Origin: Iphione sp. A-MEVVRFRX5
Lineage: Eukaryota
Direction: 5' to 3'
NCBI GenBank assembly: GCA_976226885.1
Contig: OZ320323.1
Span: 33,790,001-33,854,000 of the forward strand
DNA: 64,000 nt
This document shows, in pieces, positions 37,381 through 50,908 of the stretch. The notes under the pieces are model-generated. The model saw only the letters and a program-made list of their open reading frames with translations. It was not told the DNA's origin and ran no database searches. A program made the translations under genes and the position numbers. Every line of letters begins with the position of its first letter. Position 1 is the stretch's first letter.

Positions 37381-39759
37381 CAGATCGCGCAAGTTCATTT
37401 GACTGTCTCACCCTGACCCCCAGGAGGTCAGTGTGTGTGTCTGTCTCTGTCTTTGTGTAACTGTTTGCATTCCTCTGTGCTGGTGTATCGCTTAAAAATC
37501 TGTTGTTTTCCCGGGGGGAATCTGGTGCAAAATTACCACAGAGCTACCTAATATCAATCCATGTAAGTTTACCACGACACCAGTTGAACGGGTTCCTTTC
37601 CATAGAAATTAATGTAAAATTACCACAGAGCTTATCTGAATGTGCCCTTCTCCGAAGGCATCCATTGTTGTTTACTACATTAACGCGTCCGCTGCACAGA
37701 TTGCAGGTGCATATTAACGAGTAGACTATGTCCTGATTCTCCGAGGCCAAATTCACCAAACCTCTCCCACAAAACAGTAGACCCGTATAAATCTGGTGCA
37801 TCTGAATTAGGAAATACCTATATTTTGCAACAAAGTATAGGTAGCGAAGTGCAGCTGTTTTTATGTTATGCTATGATTGATATTAACCGACGCATTATGG
37901 CTTGCCATTGTAGACAGATTCCCATGAGCACCGGCTATTCAGAACCAGTTCAACTGAACACACGTGTGCGATGGGGTGAAGCTAGTAGTATATATTGACA
38001 GTCCTCAACTGCAGGCTACGTTTCTGTACCAGCATCAGGTTACGGCTATGATTCCATCCGCAGTGTCCTTCCTTTCTTTCACAGGGCCAGTCCACCCCCC
38101 CCCCTTCCACCTCTCTCACGTTTCTGCAAAGATTCCGCAGAGGAAAAATAACGATTCACAGTGACTTTAGGGGAATAAGAATAATTTTGTGAAGCATTTT
38201 TTTGACATCGCGATTTGTAGTGACTTGCCGAGTCCAAATCACAGTTCGCACTGAATGAAAATCGCTATTCACGAATGTCGAACGTCCTTGTCCCCCCCCC
38301 CCCCCCCGTGTTTACCTGTGGTTACCTTTCATGCCCCGAGACTGTTCGAGCGGCAGATTCTGCATGATGTGCAATACTCGTAGTAGTACATAGTGTCAGG
38401 CCTGCTCGCCAGGTGCCAGCACCCAGGAGAGACGGCCACCACGGGGCAGACATTCCTCCACACGCACAGCAGCTGCAGGAGAAGTAGCAGCTGGCCCTGT
38501 TGCCCTCCCCTCCCACCACCGCCAGCGCCACCACCAGCCCCCAGCCCCCAGCCCCCAGCCGCCCACCCCCACACCCCGACCCCCACCCCCACCCCCATCC
38601 CGCCTCCCGTAGCACTCCAAACAGCAGCTTATCGCCACTCTACCGTCCACCCCCACCCCACCCCACCGGATGGCACCACTCACCACCAGATCAGCACCAC
38701 CGCCACCACCACGGCCTGCGCCAGCCGCGGCCCTGCAATGTGCATGTCAATGCGGCGACATTTATTATTCATGTTGCCGAGTCACGTGGTGCTGCAGGCA
38801 GCACCAGCAGCGGTGGGAGGGGGAATCTGAGCTGTGAGGGAAATGGGGGTTAGGTGACAGATGGCGAGAGGGTGGAGGTTAAAGAGGAAAAGTGGGGGTT
38901 AAAGAGGAAGGCTGGAGAGTGGGATGAAGGCCCGGAAAGAGTTGAGAAGGTGGAAATTTAACGGGGAAAACAGGAGAGGAAAAATTTAGGAATGGGGAGT
39001 GAAAATAACAGTCATGAGACGTGTAGGGAGAATACAATGGAAAACAGGATGGGAAGGGTTTAGGGTGAGGAGAGAGATGGAGAGGCCAGAACATAGAGAG
39101 GATAGCGTCGGGGACGTAGGTGTAGGATGTAGGATCAGATGTTGAGATATTGTATGAGGGGAGTTATGTGAGAGAGCTACAGTGTAGCGGTGACGATGCT
39201 GCGACGTTGATGCTGAGGTGTGATTGTATCGGGGTCCACCTCCAGGGTCTTGGCTCCCTCATGTCAGGACGGCCGCCATCTTGGAGCGTGTCACTGTGAG
39301 TGATGGTGGTGATGGTGGGCGGGTTGCTGTGTAGGGAGATTTGGTTTGGATGATGGATATGTGTCGGCCGTTACGTCCCAGAAGAAGGAATAGCCCCAAA
39401 TGTTGATCTCTAATAAGTTCACTATTTCAGCACTCTCTCGATTCTAGAGTGAAATGCCAGGTTGCTCTTTCACTCATTTTATTATCAGTGGAGGTCAGAC
39501 AAACATTGAGTATCAGTTGGTGGTCGCAGACCTCCACTATATGAGCAATCCAAAAAGTGTTCCTTGGCCTGATGAGCCTTCTGGCTGGCCTCTTGGAAGT
39601 CTTTGTCATTCTCACTCGTCCGGGCCATCTTCCGCTCATCCAGGGTGTCCCCAACTCACCCTGGGCCATGCATGCAATGGTCCAGAGCTGGCCATCTGGA
39701 GCCTGGAGTTGTTGCTGTGATGGATCTAGAAAGGAGAAAGGCCCTCCTCTGTGTGTGTA

Positions 39760-39792
<33 letters not shown>

Positions 39793-40273
39793 ATGTGCGT
39801 TTGTGTGTTGAGGGGGGGGGTGATTCTTAGGGTTTGATGTTTCGTGTCTAATACTTGGTGCTTGGTATTTGGAATATGGCGTTTTGTAGCTAGCGGTTTG
39901 GTTGGGTTGGAAGTCCTTTTTAGGAGATCGTTGAACATTCTCCTGTGATTGACAGGGCCCTTTCTACTGCGTATGCATTAAAAGCACTGAGAATCACTCC
40001 CCTTCCTTCCTTACGTCTGTCAGTCTGTTTGTCCATCACTCTCCCTCTCACTATCTCCCTCTCTCTTTCTCAGGAGACGCTCTTCTCCCCACCTAGATTG
40101 GAAAGGTTAAATTGATCGTTTGAAAATATAAACACCTTCTCAAATCCGGACATCCTTGATTGGTTGGTTAGCTGTCAAGATTCCAGATATGTCGAGGTTT
40201 GACCCCACACACACACACACACACACATACACACTGGAGTGTGATCTCACCGCTGTTGCGCTTCTCTTTTCAG

Positions 40274-40405
40274 ATCATCCTGCAGTCACGCGACTACAAC
40301 GCGCTGTCGATGAGTGTGATGGCATTCGTGGCAATGTTGTACCCCCTGGAGTACATGTTCCCCGTCATCCCGCTCCTGCCCACCTGCATGTCTTCAGCCG
40401 AACAG
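40274..40405 (+). CDS. MADD: MADD coding exon 4: [44 protein letters not shown]
   Basis: ttttcag| ... cag|gtcaga; 44 codons. Confidence 0.97.
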
Positions 40406-41296
40406 GTCAGACATCCAGGCGTAAATGAGGGGGGGGGGATTGAAGTTCCAAGGCAGCTCCTAATCTGTACAGTGATATAAAAAAAAAATACATAAATGTA
40501 TTAAGTAGCAGCTAAGCTTGTAGGTGACTCAACTTGGAGAGCAACTCAGAATACAGATCACATTTAACTGGTCCTATTGGCTGATTTTCTCTTATATAAC
40601 CAGCTCAGATAGCAGCGCAAGTCTTAAAGTCCAAATTACCTGGTCCCATGGGTCGCCTTAATTGGGTTGTTTGTTGTCTGAGTTATTATTAATTCTGAGT
40701 TGATATATATAATAATCATTTGGTTCCATAACAAACTGCATGGTGTTGATGTGCAGATTAATTTTCTTTTTGCATCGCTACCAACATTATCTCGTCACGT
40801 TCAATGATAGTGGTAATGAAATCAATACTATATAAAACTGAGGTAACCCTTAATATGTTTCCGTTTTTTCTGCATGGACGGATCCACAGACATAGAAAAA
40901 TGCCCATTCCATAGGAATCAAGTAAACTCTTCACATGTGGCCGTTTCGGTTTTGCTCTACATCTACGGATCCGTAGATGTAGGTGATGAATCTGTCGCTG
41001 ATATTACATAGACATCAATGTTGAATGAATATCTGGTGACCCTCAGGAAAGAATTAGTAGACACTCCATGGGGGTAGTTACGACTACAGACCCATAGACG
41101 TAATTATTTTTCCTAGAAATCGTACAGATACACGTGAACACTGCCTTACGCCATTTGAAAATGTTACAGACATATAAACAAAAAGAATGTTCGTTTTTAT
41201 GTAGAGAAGAGCCTAGGTTTTGCTGTTGCTAATTTGTTACGAATCTGTTGTCTGTGGTTGGTGTTGGGTGTAACCCTGCCCTCTGTCTTCTCACAG

Positions 41297-41410
41297 CTTC
41301 TGCTGGCACCGACCCCCTTCATCATTGGCATCCCCTCCAGCTTTCTCATGTACAAGAAGAATTTCCAGCTGCCCGACGATGTCTGGCTTGTAGACCTCGA
41401 CTCCAACAGG
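41297..41410 (+). CDS. MADD: MADD coding exon 5: [13 protein letters not shown]...[13 protein letters not shown]
   Basis: tcacag| ... agg|gtgagt; 38 codons. Confidence 0.97.
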
Positions 41411-44400
41411 GTGAGTGCTGCAGAAAAATAAACGTTGTACCACACAAATCAAACCCCCAAAATCTTTTATCAGACGAAGCCTTAATTTCCATGCATGAAA
41501 CCGTATTTTTCGTGTTCTTAGACTGGGACTTGCTCCAAAGAAACACGGGGTCTTCGTGTTGGTTAAAAAAAATGGACTGCGAACCCGCACAATAGTGTGC
41601 AGATTTGTTAATTTGTATGTACATGTAGTTTTAATAAAAACGACACTATTTTAACGTGTTAATAAGCCATCATTATTCAAACAACCAGTATTTCCACGTG
41701 TTTGTAATATATTATTAGGACTTGAGAGTTTGGTATTTAGGGGGTGTTTACGTTGAGGGGCGGGGGTTGCAGTATAAAAGGGAGTTTGTGGGAGAGAGAG
41801 AGAGAGTTGCCAGTTTATTCTCTTCCATTACGACTTTTATATGGATATTCTTTAAACAAACCTTCATTGTATTACAGTCCTGTTGCCGTGGTAAAGAGGA
41901 CACTGAGTGCTATAATCATTCTTGTAAAACTTCAAAGGGTACCACTTCTGTCTATCCTTTCAACAAAGTGAGCCCTATATATTTCCATTTCATTAAAAAT
42001 GATGGGTTTCACCTCCATATACATGTACATCTGTACAACCAACGGCCTTCTATTTGAATGTTATGCACATGTAGATCAAATTGGCATAACATGTGACTTG
42101 CTAGTATCACTGTAACTGCCCGAGCCGAAGACTTAACCGTTGATTTCGATGTGAAAACCCAGGTTCTATGAGGTGCACCGCGTTACTAAATTCATTCTGC
42201 CACTAGCCCAGCCACCACAGCTTGCGATTGCGTCGTCTGGCTCATGCTAAAGGACGTCCGTAAATGACCAGCAAGGGGGCGTGGTGGAATAGGTGGGTGG
42301 ATGGGAAGGGGGGAGGGGGGAGCTGCGTGGAAAAAGTGGGAGGTCGGACTCCACAGTCACGTATGTGTGTCTTGGTTTCTGTATGTATGTGTTTTGGTAT
42401 GTATGCACGTGAACGTGGAAGTATGTCCGTGTGTCCTGCTGTCATGGTAGACATGCACGCATGTACTGTATATATTCACATTGTATACATGTACTATTTT
42501 TATTAAAAGTCTGTATATGTCTACACAGTAAAAAGACTCCATAAACCTGTCTTGCTTTACCATGGTCTTTCCAAGGGAACAGTACGTCCACGCAGATATA
42601 CAGAGATTCTGTTCGTGTGATAATTGACAGTTATCTCCATTTTACTTATAACAGAAGCAATCTTTGTTGCTTTTGTTTTGTTTGGAGATTAGTTCTTACC
42701 AGGAAGTGCGATCTTTGAGATCCTCGATAGACATTGGAAGAAACAAATAGTCTCCCCCAGCGAATACAATGTACTAGGGTTTCCAAGCACCTGTCTGATA
42801 CTTCAAGGTTACACTCTAGTAGTGGACATCTTGTTGTTGCACTCGTGGTGAAAATCTTAATCGCACCCATTACAACGAAGCGCGTGGCGTAGTACGAGAA
42901 TTCCTCAAAAGATCCGTCTCAAGCGCGATTTGTTTCCAGCAGTGACAGATCAGTATCATTTTGCTGCATGACCTTGACCTCGGTAGCTTAACCTTGACCC
43001 TTGACCCACAGCTGCTGCCCCCTGGTTACCGTGAGATTCCAGCGATGGCAAGCACAGCATCTTTAGCTTCCGAGGGCAGCAATCGTTCAGTCTATCACCA
43101 CCAGGGGGCTTCACCTTACCTGTCCGATGGGGTAAGACACACAATACCAACTCCCTCATATCTTACGTCAAACCCCTCTCTCTTAACATGTTCTATCTCT
43201 CTCCTCCCCTCCCCCGTCAATCCTTCCCCTCCCCAACTATCCTACTTACCACTCTTGGGCAGTTTTTGCATGTACACATTATCGTGATTTTGGATACGTA
43301 GGGCTCCCTTTGTATGAGATGCTGACTAATGTCCCCGTACATAAAGTGTAGGGAAGTCTTTCCATGATGACGATTTAGCTCAGATCAATTTCCATGCAGA
43401 TGGATGCATGAGTGCAATAGAATTCAGCAGTGCCTCATTGAACCTTGTCCCCTGGAAGTCCTGTAAGTCATGCAACCTCATCAGAATAGAGGCAATATGC
43501 TTGCGTTTTCGGGGCCGTAACTACAGGTACATAGAAAACCCTCCCTACCACTTTCACTCTGCCCTGTGTTAAATGCCTCATTTTGCCTTGCGTAACAACC
43601 CCCTCACTGACACCGTGTCATGTTCCTGTCCCGGCTACCATATATCGTAACGCCTTCCGCCCTTCTGTGCATCATATCTTCCCATTCACCCATCAACCCC
43701 CATTTAGGACCCAGTGCATTATGCTCCCATCTTTAATCCCCCGTATCACACCCATTCCCCCAAATCTTTTGATCGCAGTCATCAGTCACAAACTCTGCTT
43801 TATGCCGCTTTTACTGACCATGCCACACCACCTCTATCATAGCCTCTTTCATACCTTACGTAGGGTGTAACTGCTCCCTCCTACCCCTTCTCTCTCCCAC
43901 TGAGTCTCTCTTGTAGTAGCCACTCCTTGTGGAGCCAGAGATGTCATATCCCCTTCCCTCCTCACTTTTCAGTCCTACGCACCCTACCCACTTCCATCTG
44001 GGCAAAGATATGCTTCACCACCTGCTCCTCCTCCCCCCCTACTCCTCCCGGTCCTCTCCATGATACCCACCATACTAACTCCTGTTGTGATCAGAATTCC
44101 CAAACCCCCTCCCATTGCTCCCTGAAGTACTCCATGGGGTAGGATACGTCGTCACCCCTTTTCATGCTCTTCTCTTTGCTGTGCTACCCATCCCACACCA
44201 ACTCTTGGTGGGATGAGATATACCATATCCCACTCCCCTTCCCTCTTTGCCTGCCTTCATCCATATTTTGTACAGAGATGGATGAACCCTATGTCTACAG
44301 ATTGGTGATCAGTGGACATGATGCGTATACATTATGTTGTCTCATTTGCATCGGTTTCTTTCCTCGTTGTTGTATTGTTGGTCAGTTGGTATGGTCAAGG

Positions 44401-44902
44401 ATGACGTTTTTGTTGCAGACTCGGTTGTTTTTAATACATTGCCCTTGGCGGTCGATGATCCCATACAACGCTTGCCTCCCAAATGTTTAACCCTCATTAA
44501 GTGTTGTTTTTGATGGCAACGCCATCCTGGAGATAAGCTTATGTCACAACGCTCCTTGACCCGCAGCCGTCGAGTTGGTCGAGACAACGGGGCCAGAACA
44601 TTTCGTTTCGTTTTCTCTGCCCGCTGTCAGTCATGTCATATGTTGTTTTCTTTCTTTATGGACATGATCCAGGGTCAAGTTTGTCACGTGTTTCCCCGTC
44701 CTCCACAAGTTGCTCTTTTGGGTCGACGAACACGGTCCAGACCAAAAGCTTCTCCCACGTCTTCTCTTCTCCTCTCCTCTGGTCACATTGCGTTATTGTT
44801 GTCTGGGTGTAGATCTCATGCTGTCTTACAAGTTACCCCCCGTATACCGTCCCCCCCCGCCTCTGTATATACTGCAAAACTTACGATTGCTGTCCTTTTC
44901 AG

Positions 44903-44980
44903 ATCACTTCTGCAATGAATGAGGAGTTGCCCCCGATGCCAGAACCCGAGGGGTCAATACTCAAGAACCACCTCCGCCAG
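44903..44980 (+). CDS. MADD: MADD coding exon 6: ITSAMNEELPPMPEPEGSILKNHLRQ
   Basis: cttttcag| ... cag|gtaggt; 26 codons; matches the LPxLPEPE...LKxHLxQ motif; not in the ORF track. Confidence 0.95.
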
Positions 44981-46289
44981 GTAGGTGCACGAACACACTC
45001 ACATATACATATACAGAGAATTTCTGAACCTTTCGAGGGGAACACTCAAAAAGTAGTACAGTAAGTGTATCTAGATATAACACGTGAATACATTGGCAAA
45101 TAAACACCTGCACACATACATGTACACACACATAGAAGAACACAGACATGTACATAGTGCATGAATTAAAGAGCTCTTTGATAGAATGAGCAGCTCACAG
45201 GTATACACACATCACTGCATGTGCAGTAGAAACCCACTGAAAGACCAACTCTTGTGGCAGAACAAACCTTGATGAAGACCTAGATCTTACAGCCAAATGT
45301 ACAAACATAAACATGACCATATACAAACGTTGGTATCCGGAGACTCTGAATTCAGATTTTCTCCCTAGCCAGATAAATTTCCAAGGTACATGTACTTTCA
45401 CTTCTCTGTACATTTATAGTTACTGTATCCGATTTACCGTATCCGGATGAAATAGCAAGGCACGGACATGATCTGAATGAGAAACACATGAAGAGGGGAG
45501 GCCAAAATTGGCCATTCCCAAGCCTGATGTCATTTGAGAGTTTTTACTACACGCACATCTGTACACATACACATTTTCCCAATGGTTAGTGCCGATACCT
45601 CAGGCATATATTTTAAACATCTACACGTAAAAACACCCGCTGAAAAGTTGAAGTTGGGTAATTAATGCTTATCACCTCCAATGTACAGATATACCGAAAC
45701 ACCATTCTGTGAACATGTAACCTTGGAGTGGGCAGTGTTATCAATGTTGTATCGTGTTGTCAGTGTTGTAACTTTCTTCATGTTGTCAGCATAGATTGTC
45801 CAGCTTTTCGCCCTCTATAGCATAGATTAAAAATCATTCCCGCTTCCATTGTGTGATTTGCCAGTCATCCTACTATAAATATTGTTAAAGTAAAAGTACT
45901 GTCCTCCTGAAGAATCTTGTAATGGTATGCTGTTATGCCTGTTTCAATTCTGTAACCCGCACATTTGTACACATCAGTTCTTTCTCAGCGACGAAGCCAG
46001 AGAGGTATGAGCCTTTGTAGCCACCCATGTTTTCCATCCTCACCTCTGACGTGTTTCTGGGAGACATTAGTGCCACATAGTGACCAGCTGTGGCGAACAG
46101 TACCACTTGGTACTGTTCTCTAAGATGTAATCAAATACATATGGGGCTGATGGCTGATGGGTGAATTTGTCCTGCTAATATGGCTTTTGGGTTTTCTACT
46201 CCTTAAATTTGTCCCTAAGTTCCCCGTGCTTATGTCTTTGTTCACCGTAGTGGTTCCTTAATCTCCAGTGTCTGATTACCCGACACTGC

Positions 46290-46780
46290 TCTCTTGGTCT
46301 CAATACTTTGGCCCCTAATGCTACTGGATACCAGTACCTTGGTCCCCTATCCGGTATCTTTTTTTCCAAGTACTAGTACCTTGGTCCCCAGTCCAATTCC
46401 TTTATCCCAGGTACTATTACCATGTTCCTCTCCCCCAGTTCCTTTATCCTAGGCACAAGTAACATGGTCCCCATACCCTGTTTCTTTATCCCTGATGCTA
46501 GTAACATGTTCAATATGTCTGATATTTATATCCCTGGTACTAATATCATATTTCCTTTGACTGAATTCTTTATCCCTGGTACTCGTAATATATACCCCTT
46601 GTCCGAATTCTTGATCCCTGCTACTTGTATCATGTCCCCTAGGTCTGGTTGCTTCATCCTGAATACTATTGTCTTGGACCCCAGTCTTAATATATTAATC
46701 CCCAGGTACAAATTTGTGTCTTGGCCCCCGAACCCGGATTCTTCATCCCTGGTACAAGTGTCTTCAGCATTGGTGTTTTG
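46290..46780. repeat. Highly diverged 42-bp tandem array, 8 or more units
   Basis: Consensus about ttctttatccctggtactagtaacatggtccccagtccga; unit length is kept at 42 bp over 7 consecutive units. Confidence 0.85.
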
Positions 46781-47992
46781 AAGCCTAGAGTCATGGGTTG
46801 CAGGTCCTTGGTACTAGTCCAATATTATAACCCCTTGATTCCCTCTTACAGTACTTGCCCCATGGCCACAGTGGGGTGCTAACTCTGAATTAAGTCGGTG
46901 CCCATCCACTGGTCCCTAGATCCTTTAACGGCACTTAGTACCAGTCATCTAATGCTCTTCTTGGTCCCCAGACTTTGTATTCTCCAGGTTCTTCGGTTTT
47001 CTCCCTCATTGGTTTTTTTTTATGTAAATCTTTATTTTCAATGGAATGGCACACTTTTGCATAATTATCTAGTATACAACTAACATTATCCAATAGTTGG
47101 CCTGCCCCTGCATTGTCCACTGTTCGCTTGCCCCTGCACTGGCCTCCAGACCGTCTGTCAATATTAATACGTCCGCCTAACTTGATGCCACAGCTGGTCA
47201 TGTCGGTAGGCTGCATGATCCGCGTTTTACGGTGATGGCCACTCGGTCCTCTCTCTCTCTTTCCCTCCCACGAATTGGCTTCGTTTCACGAGGATTGATC
47301 TGTAAAACATATTTTACTTTGGGAAGACCAGCCGAACACTGCTCCTCGACTCGTTGTTTGTTTTTTTTTGTTCACCGCCCAGTGCCCACTATTGTAGATC
47401 CTAGAGATGAGCAACGAGTGGTACCTCAGTCAACTCCCTCCCCAAGTCACAGCCAGTGCGCAGGCGCAGCAGCCAGGCGACCCTGATGGATGGACACCAC
47501 CACTGGTCTCTATTTAAGGCACTAGATGGCGCCACAGCTAGATGTGGTCCATAGTTTAACCAAGACTGATCCCATAATTGCTTGTAATCTTTCTCTTGCT
47601 ACTCCACTGTTGATAATCTTCCACTCTGATTTCTGTTCTTCTCCCTACTTTCTTTAAAGAAAAAAATCTCTCTGCGCTCTTGTCTACGTTTTCTTTCCCC
47701 CAGGCGCTCCTCTTTACATATCTTACTACTTCCCCAATACAGTCTCCTTGTCCCTATATGTACCAGCAACTTTAACTCTGTATTCCAACTGAACACTCAC
47801 CATGCCGAGCTCTTCCTTCTAAGAATAGTGACTAATGTTGCGTCATTGTTAGGACGGCGCTTCCTCTACAAGCCCTGTGATTGGCTGTTTACATTAATAG
47901 TCCTCCACGAGTTGCCATAAAATGCGATGTACGTTTGACCTTGACTAATCACAGGCCTGGCGTATATCCCTGCGTGTTTGTTTATACATATA

Positions 47993-48171
47993 CAGTGGTG
48001 TCTCTATTTGCGACCACATCGATTTCCGACCTTCCTTGATACTACGACCACCTGGGATGGGAACTAAAATGATGTTTTCTATAATTAACAATAATCTATT
48101 TACGACCAAACTTGCCATTACGACCAGTTGAGCTTGGTCCAGAGGGATGGTCGTAAATAGAGACTCCACTG
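47993..48171. mobile_element. Tc1/mariner-type MITE (179 bp)
   Basis: TIR cagtggtgtctctatttgcgacca / tggtcgtaaatagagactccactg (2 mismatches), flanked by TA on both sides. Confidence 0.85.
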
Positions 48172-50138
48172 TATACATATATCCCTCCGCTCCAAATATA
48201 CTAGCTTGTAAGTCTTGGTGAGGCATCATTAAGAGTCCGCCACGAGTTGCCAGAATTTGCGATGTACATTTGACCTTGACCAATCAGAAGCCTGGCATCT
48301 ATCCCTGCGTGGGTGTACATATACATATATATAAATAGGGATATATATAAATAGGGATATATATATCCCTCCGCCCCAAATGTACTAGCTTGTAAGTCTT
48401 GATGAGGCATCGTAACAAGCATTACTTCCTTCAGCGCCATATCCTGTGAGCTGGCTGACTAATTAAGATCATAGGAAATGGTGGTAGGCACCTACCTACC
48501 TTTGTCCTACCCCTGCATTGCTGCCTGATGAGTGGGTATCATCATTAAGGAGTGACCATCCCTCTCAGTTTTACTATAAATCTACAGTAAGGAGTGGTTT
48601 CCATCTCGTGTTCCATTTTTACGTACACATTTCCATCCATTTCTGTTATCTGACTAAAATGGTACTGGAGAGTTAGTGACAGCATGTAACTTCAAAAGAC
48701 AAAATCTGGAGAGACCAATCGGTCCACACCTTGTTTGATGAAGTCATTTTCACCAAAATTGAGTATATTATCAGAAACGGACGGAAAGTGTTACCGATTG
48801 AGGAAAGTATCAGACCACACATCATCAGGGAGAATGAAATCACTGAAAGCTACCTTCGTTTCATCATAGCATCACAGACACTGTCTTCAACTATGTCCAG
48901 TAGTATCAGTGTTACTACCTCACTGTATTCAGCCTGTTTATAACACATCGTCGAGAAGTAGGCTCTTCAGTTAGTCAGGGTCAGCTTTTCAGTTGGACCA
49001 ACAAGTATGGCCCATTTTACTTCAGCTTTATACCAGCTGCGCCCAGCAATATGTAATAAATAATAGTTATACTAGCTTTGGTCGGCAGTTTTTAACAATG
49101 TTGATCAATATGTAGATAAGGCTCCATACAACAAATTTTACTACAAAAATACAGTTAAGTATGGTCTCGCCTTATTCAAGTTTGTACCAGTTTTGTCCAA
49201 TAGAATATACTACATTTAAAGGCAACTAGTTATGCCGCAACACAACAGATTCTTAAGTTGGTCAAAAGCAAAATTAACATATACATGTATATGAAATTTG
49301 CTAAGGTTATGAAGCTTATAAATGCATCCTTCATAAAGTTTATCAAATTCCGACCCAAAGATACACAACAGTAATATTATGTTAATTTTTTAGTTGGCAC
49401 TCCGTTTAGAAGGCTCTTAGCATGTGCGGTATGTTCATACACACTTTACCGCAGAGACTTGGTTGAAGACCAGATCGCTTTGAAGACCAAACTGTAGGAA
49501 AAGAAAGAATTCAACGACCCCAGCAGGCTTAAATGTGTAAACAAATGACTCCTTCTGCGACCAAACCATAGGAGAGACCAAAACTTGTTAGTCCCAAACT
49601 AGATATCCCATGTGGTTCTCAACTGTATGTCTGTATTCACAACAAAATGTATCCTTACTTCAGTTTGCTTGTATTAACAACACTAGCACTAGCTCTCCCC
49701 AATTCCCTCCCAGCCACCGCAATCTCTGATCCAATAGATTTTGCGACTTGTATGGTATGCATGCATGGTTATGTGTCCCATGTAGACGCTTGTCCTCAGG
49801 TTCTGACATGATTCTTGGGTTCTAGTTATAATCCTTTGACATGCCTTAACACTGCCATTAACCCAATTTGTATTCTTTTTATATTATTGTTTCTAATTTG
49901 TGCTGTGCATTCGTTACTTTTTGGATTATTCATTTATTTTCTTCACAGTAATGGCAGAATTATCATCGAAACGTATGATAAGAAAACGAAAGTAATGCCA
50001 TGTAAAATGTCTGGAGAGTTGTACACATGTATACATGTATTTCCATCCGTAAATACTCTTCATCTTAAATCACGGGCCGTGCGATAAAACCCAGATCCAA
50101 CTGCCCCTCTCACCTCTCCGTGTTTGGACGCTTTGTAG

Positions 50139-50309
50139 GCGCTGGCCAGTATGAGCATGAGTCCGCAGCCCATCAAGAACCTCGACTCGCTCACGCAGAG
50201 TCCCGAGCTGTGGCGGAGAAGGGAGAGCTTTTCATCCACTACTGGCTTCAACCCGCTCATCTACGGCAACGATGTGGACTCGGTGGACGTGGCCACTCGA
50301 GTCGCCATG
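50139..50309 (+). CDS. MADD: MADD coding exon 7: [11 protein letters not shown]...[21 protein letters not shown]
   Basis: ttgtag| ... atg|gtgagt; 57 codons. Confidence 0.97.
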
Positions 50310-50749
50310 GTGAGTCATCTACTTGTGCTCAAGGCGCATGTTGGGGGGGGGGAATGAAGAGGAACACCACTTGTTAATGAATCCTGCGGTAATGAAACAT
50401 CTGTGAAACATATTGGCTGTGCGCACATAATGTATACCCTGAAGCCACCTCCTAACGAGCATGAAGCCAATCAGTGTGATGATTCATACTACATTGCCGT
50501 GCTTCTCATAATGGTGTTTCCCACAACGAAGTACCACCAAGGATCCCATCTACTTTCTTAACATAGGTATAGACCTGTACCGTGCACTGCCTGTAAATGT
50601 GCGTTCCCATTCCTCGCTGACCTGTTGACCTCACATCGAGATTTACAACACTACTCGGGACTACACCCCTCATCCTCCTCTTGTCCGCGTTCACTGGGTG
50701 CTTGTAAAATCCATCTGATAGGTATTGCTATGACTTTTTCCTCGTGTAG

Positions 50750-50908
50750 ATTCGATTCTTCAACTCGGCCAACATCCTGGGGAACTTCACGGAGCACACA
50801 CGCACACTGCGCCTCTACCCACGGCCGGTAGTCGCCTTCCAACTCAACAGCTTCATGAAGTCGAGGCCCACCCGGACCGCCTTCACTAACCGGCTGGCTC
50901 GGACCCAG
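50750..50908 (+). CDS. MADD: MADD coding exon 8: [10 protein letters not shown]...[16 protein letters not shown]...RLARTQ (GC donor)
   Basis: gtgtag| ... cag|GCaagt; 53 codons; dDENN; homology RTQ|AVEYF fixes the boundary. Confidence 0.95.

Noticed and set aside
44400-44870. Protein-like minus-strand stretches (LLVWTVFVDPKEQLVEDGE) just upstream of MADD exon 6
   Set aside because: Interrupted by stops and no family recognised.
48660-48870. Minus-strand peptide FILPDDVWSD resembling MADD exon 5 [11 protein letters not shown]; considered as an inverted exon duplicate
   Set aside because: The match is limited to 6-7 residues, flanks are unrelated and the frame has stops. Most likely coincidence within an unassigned decayed sequence.
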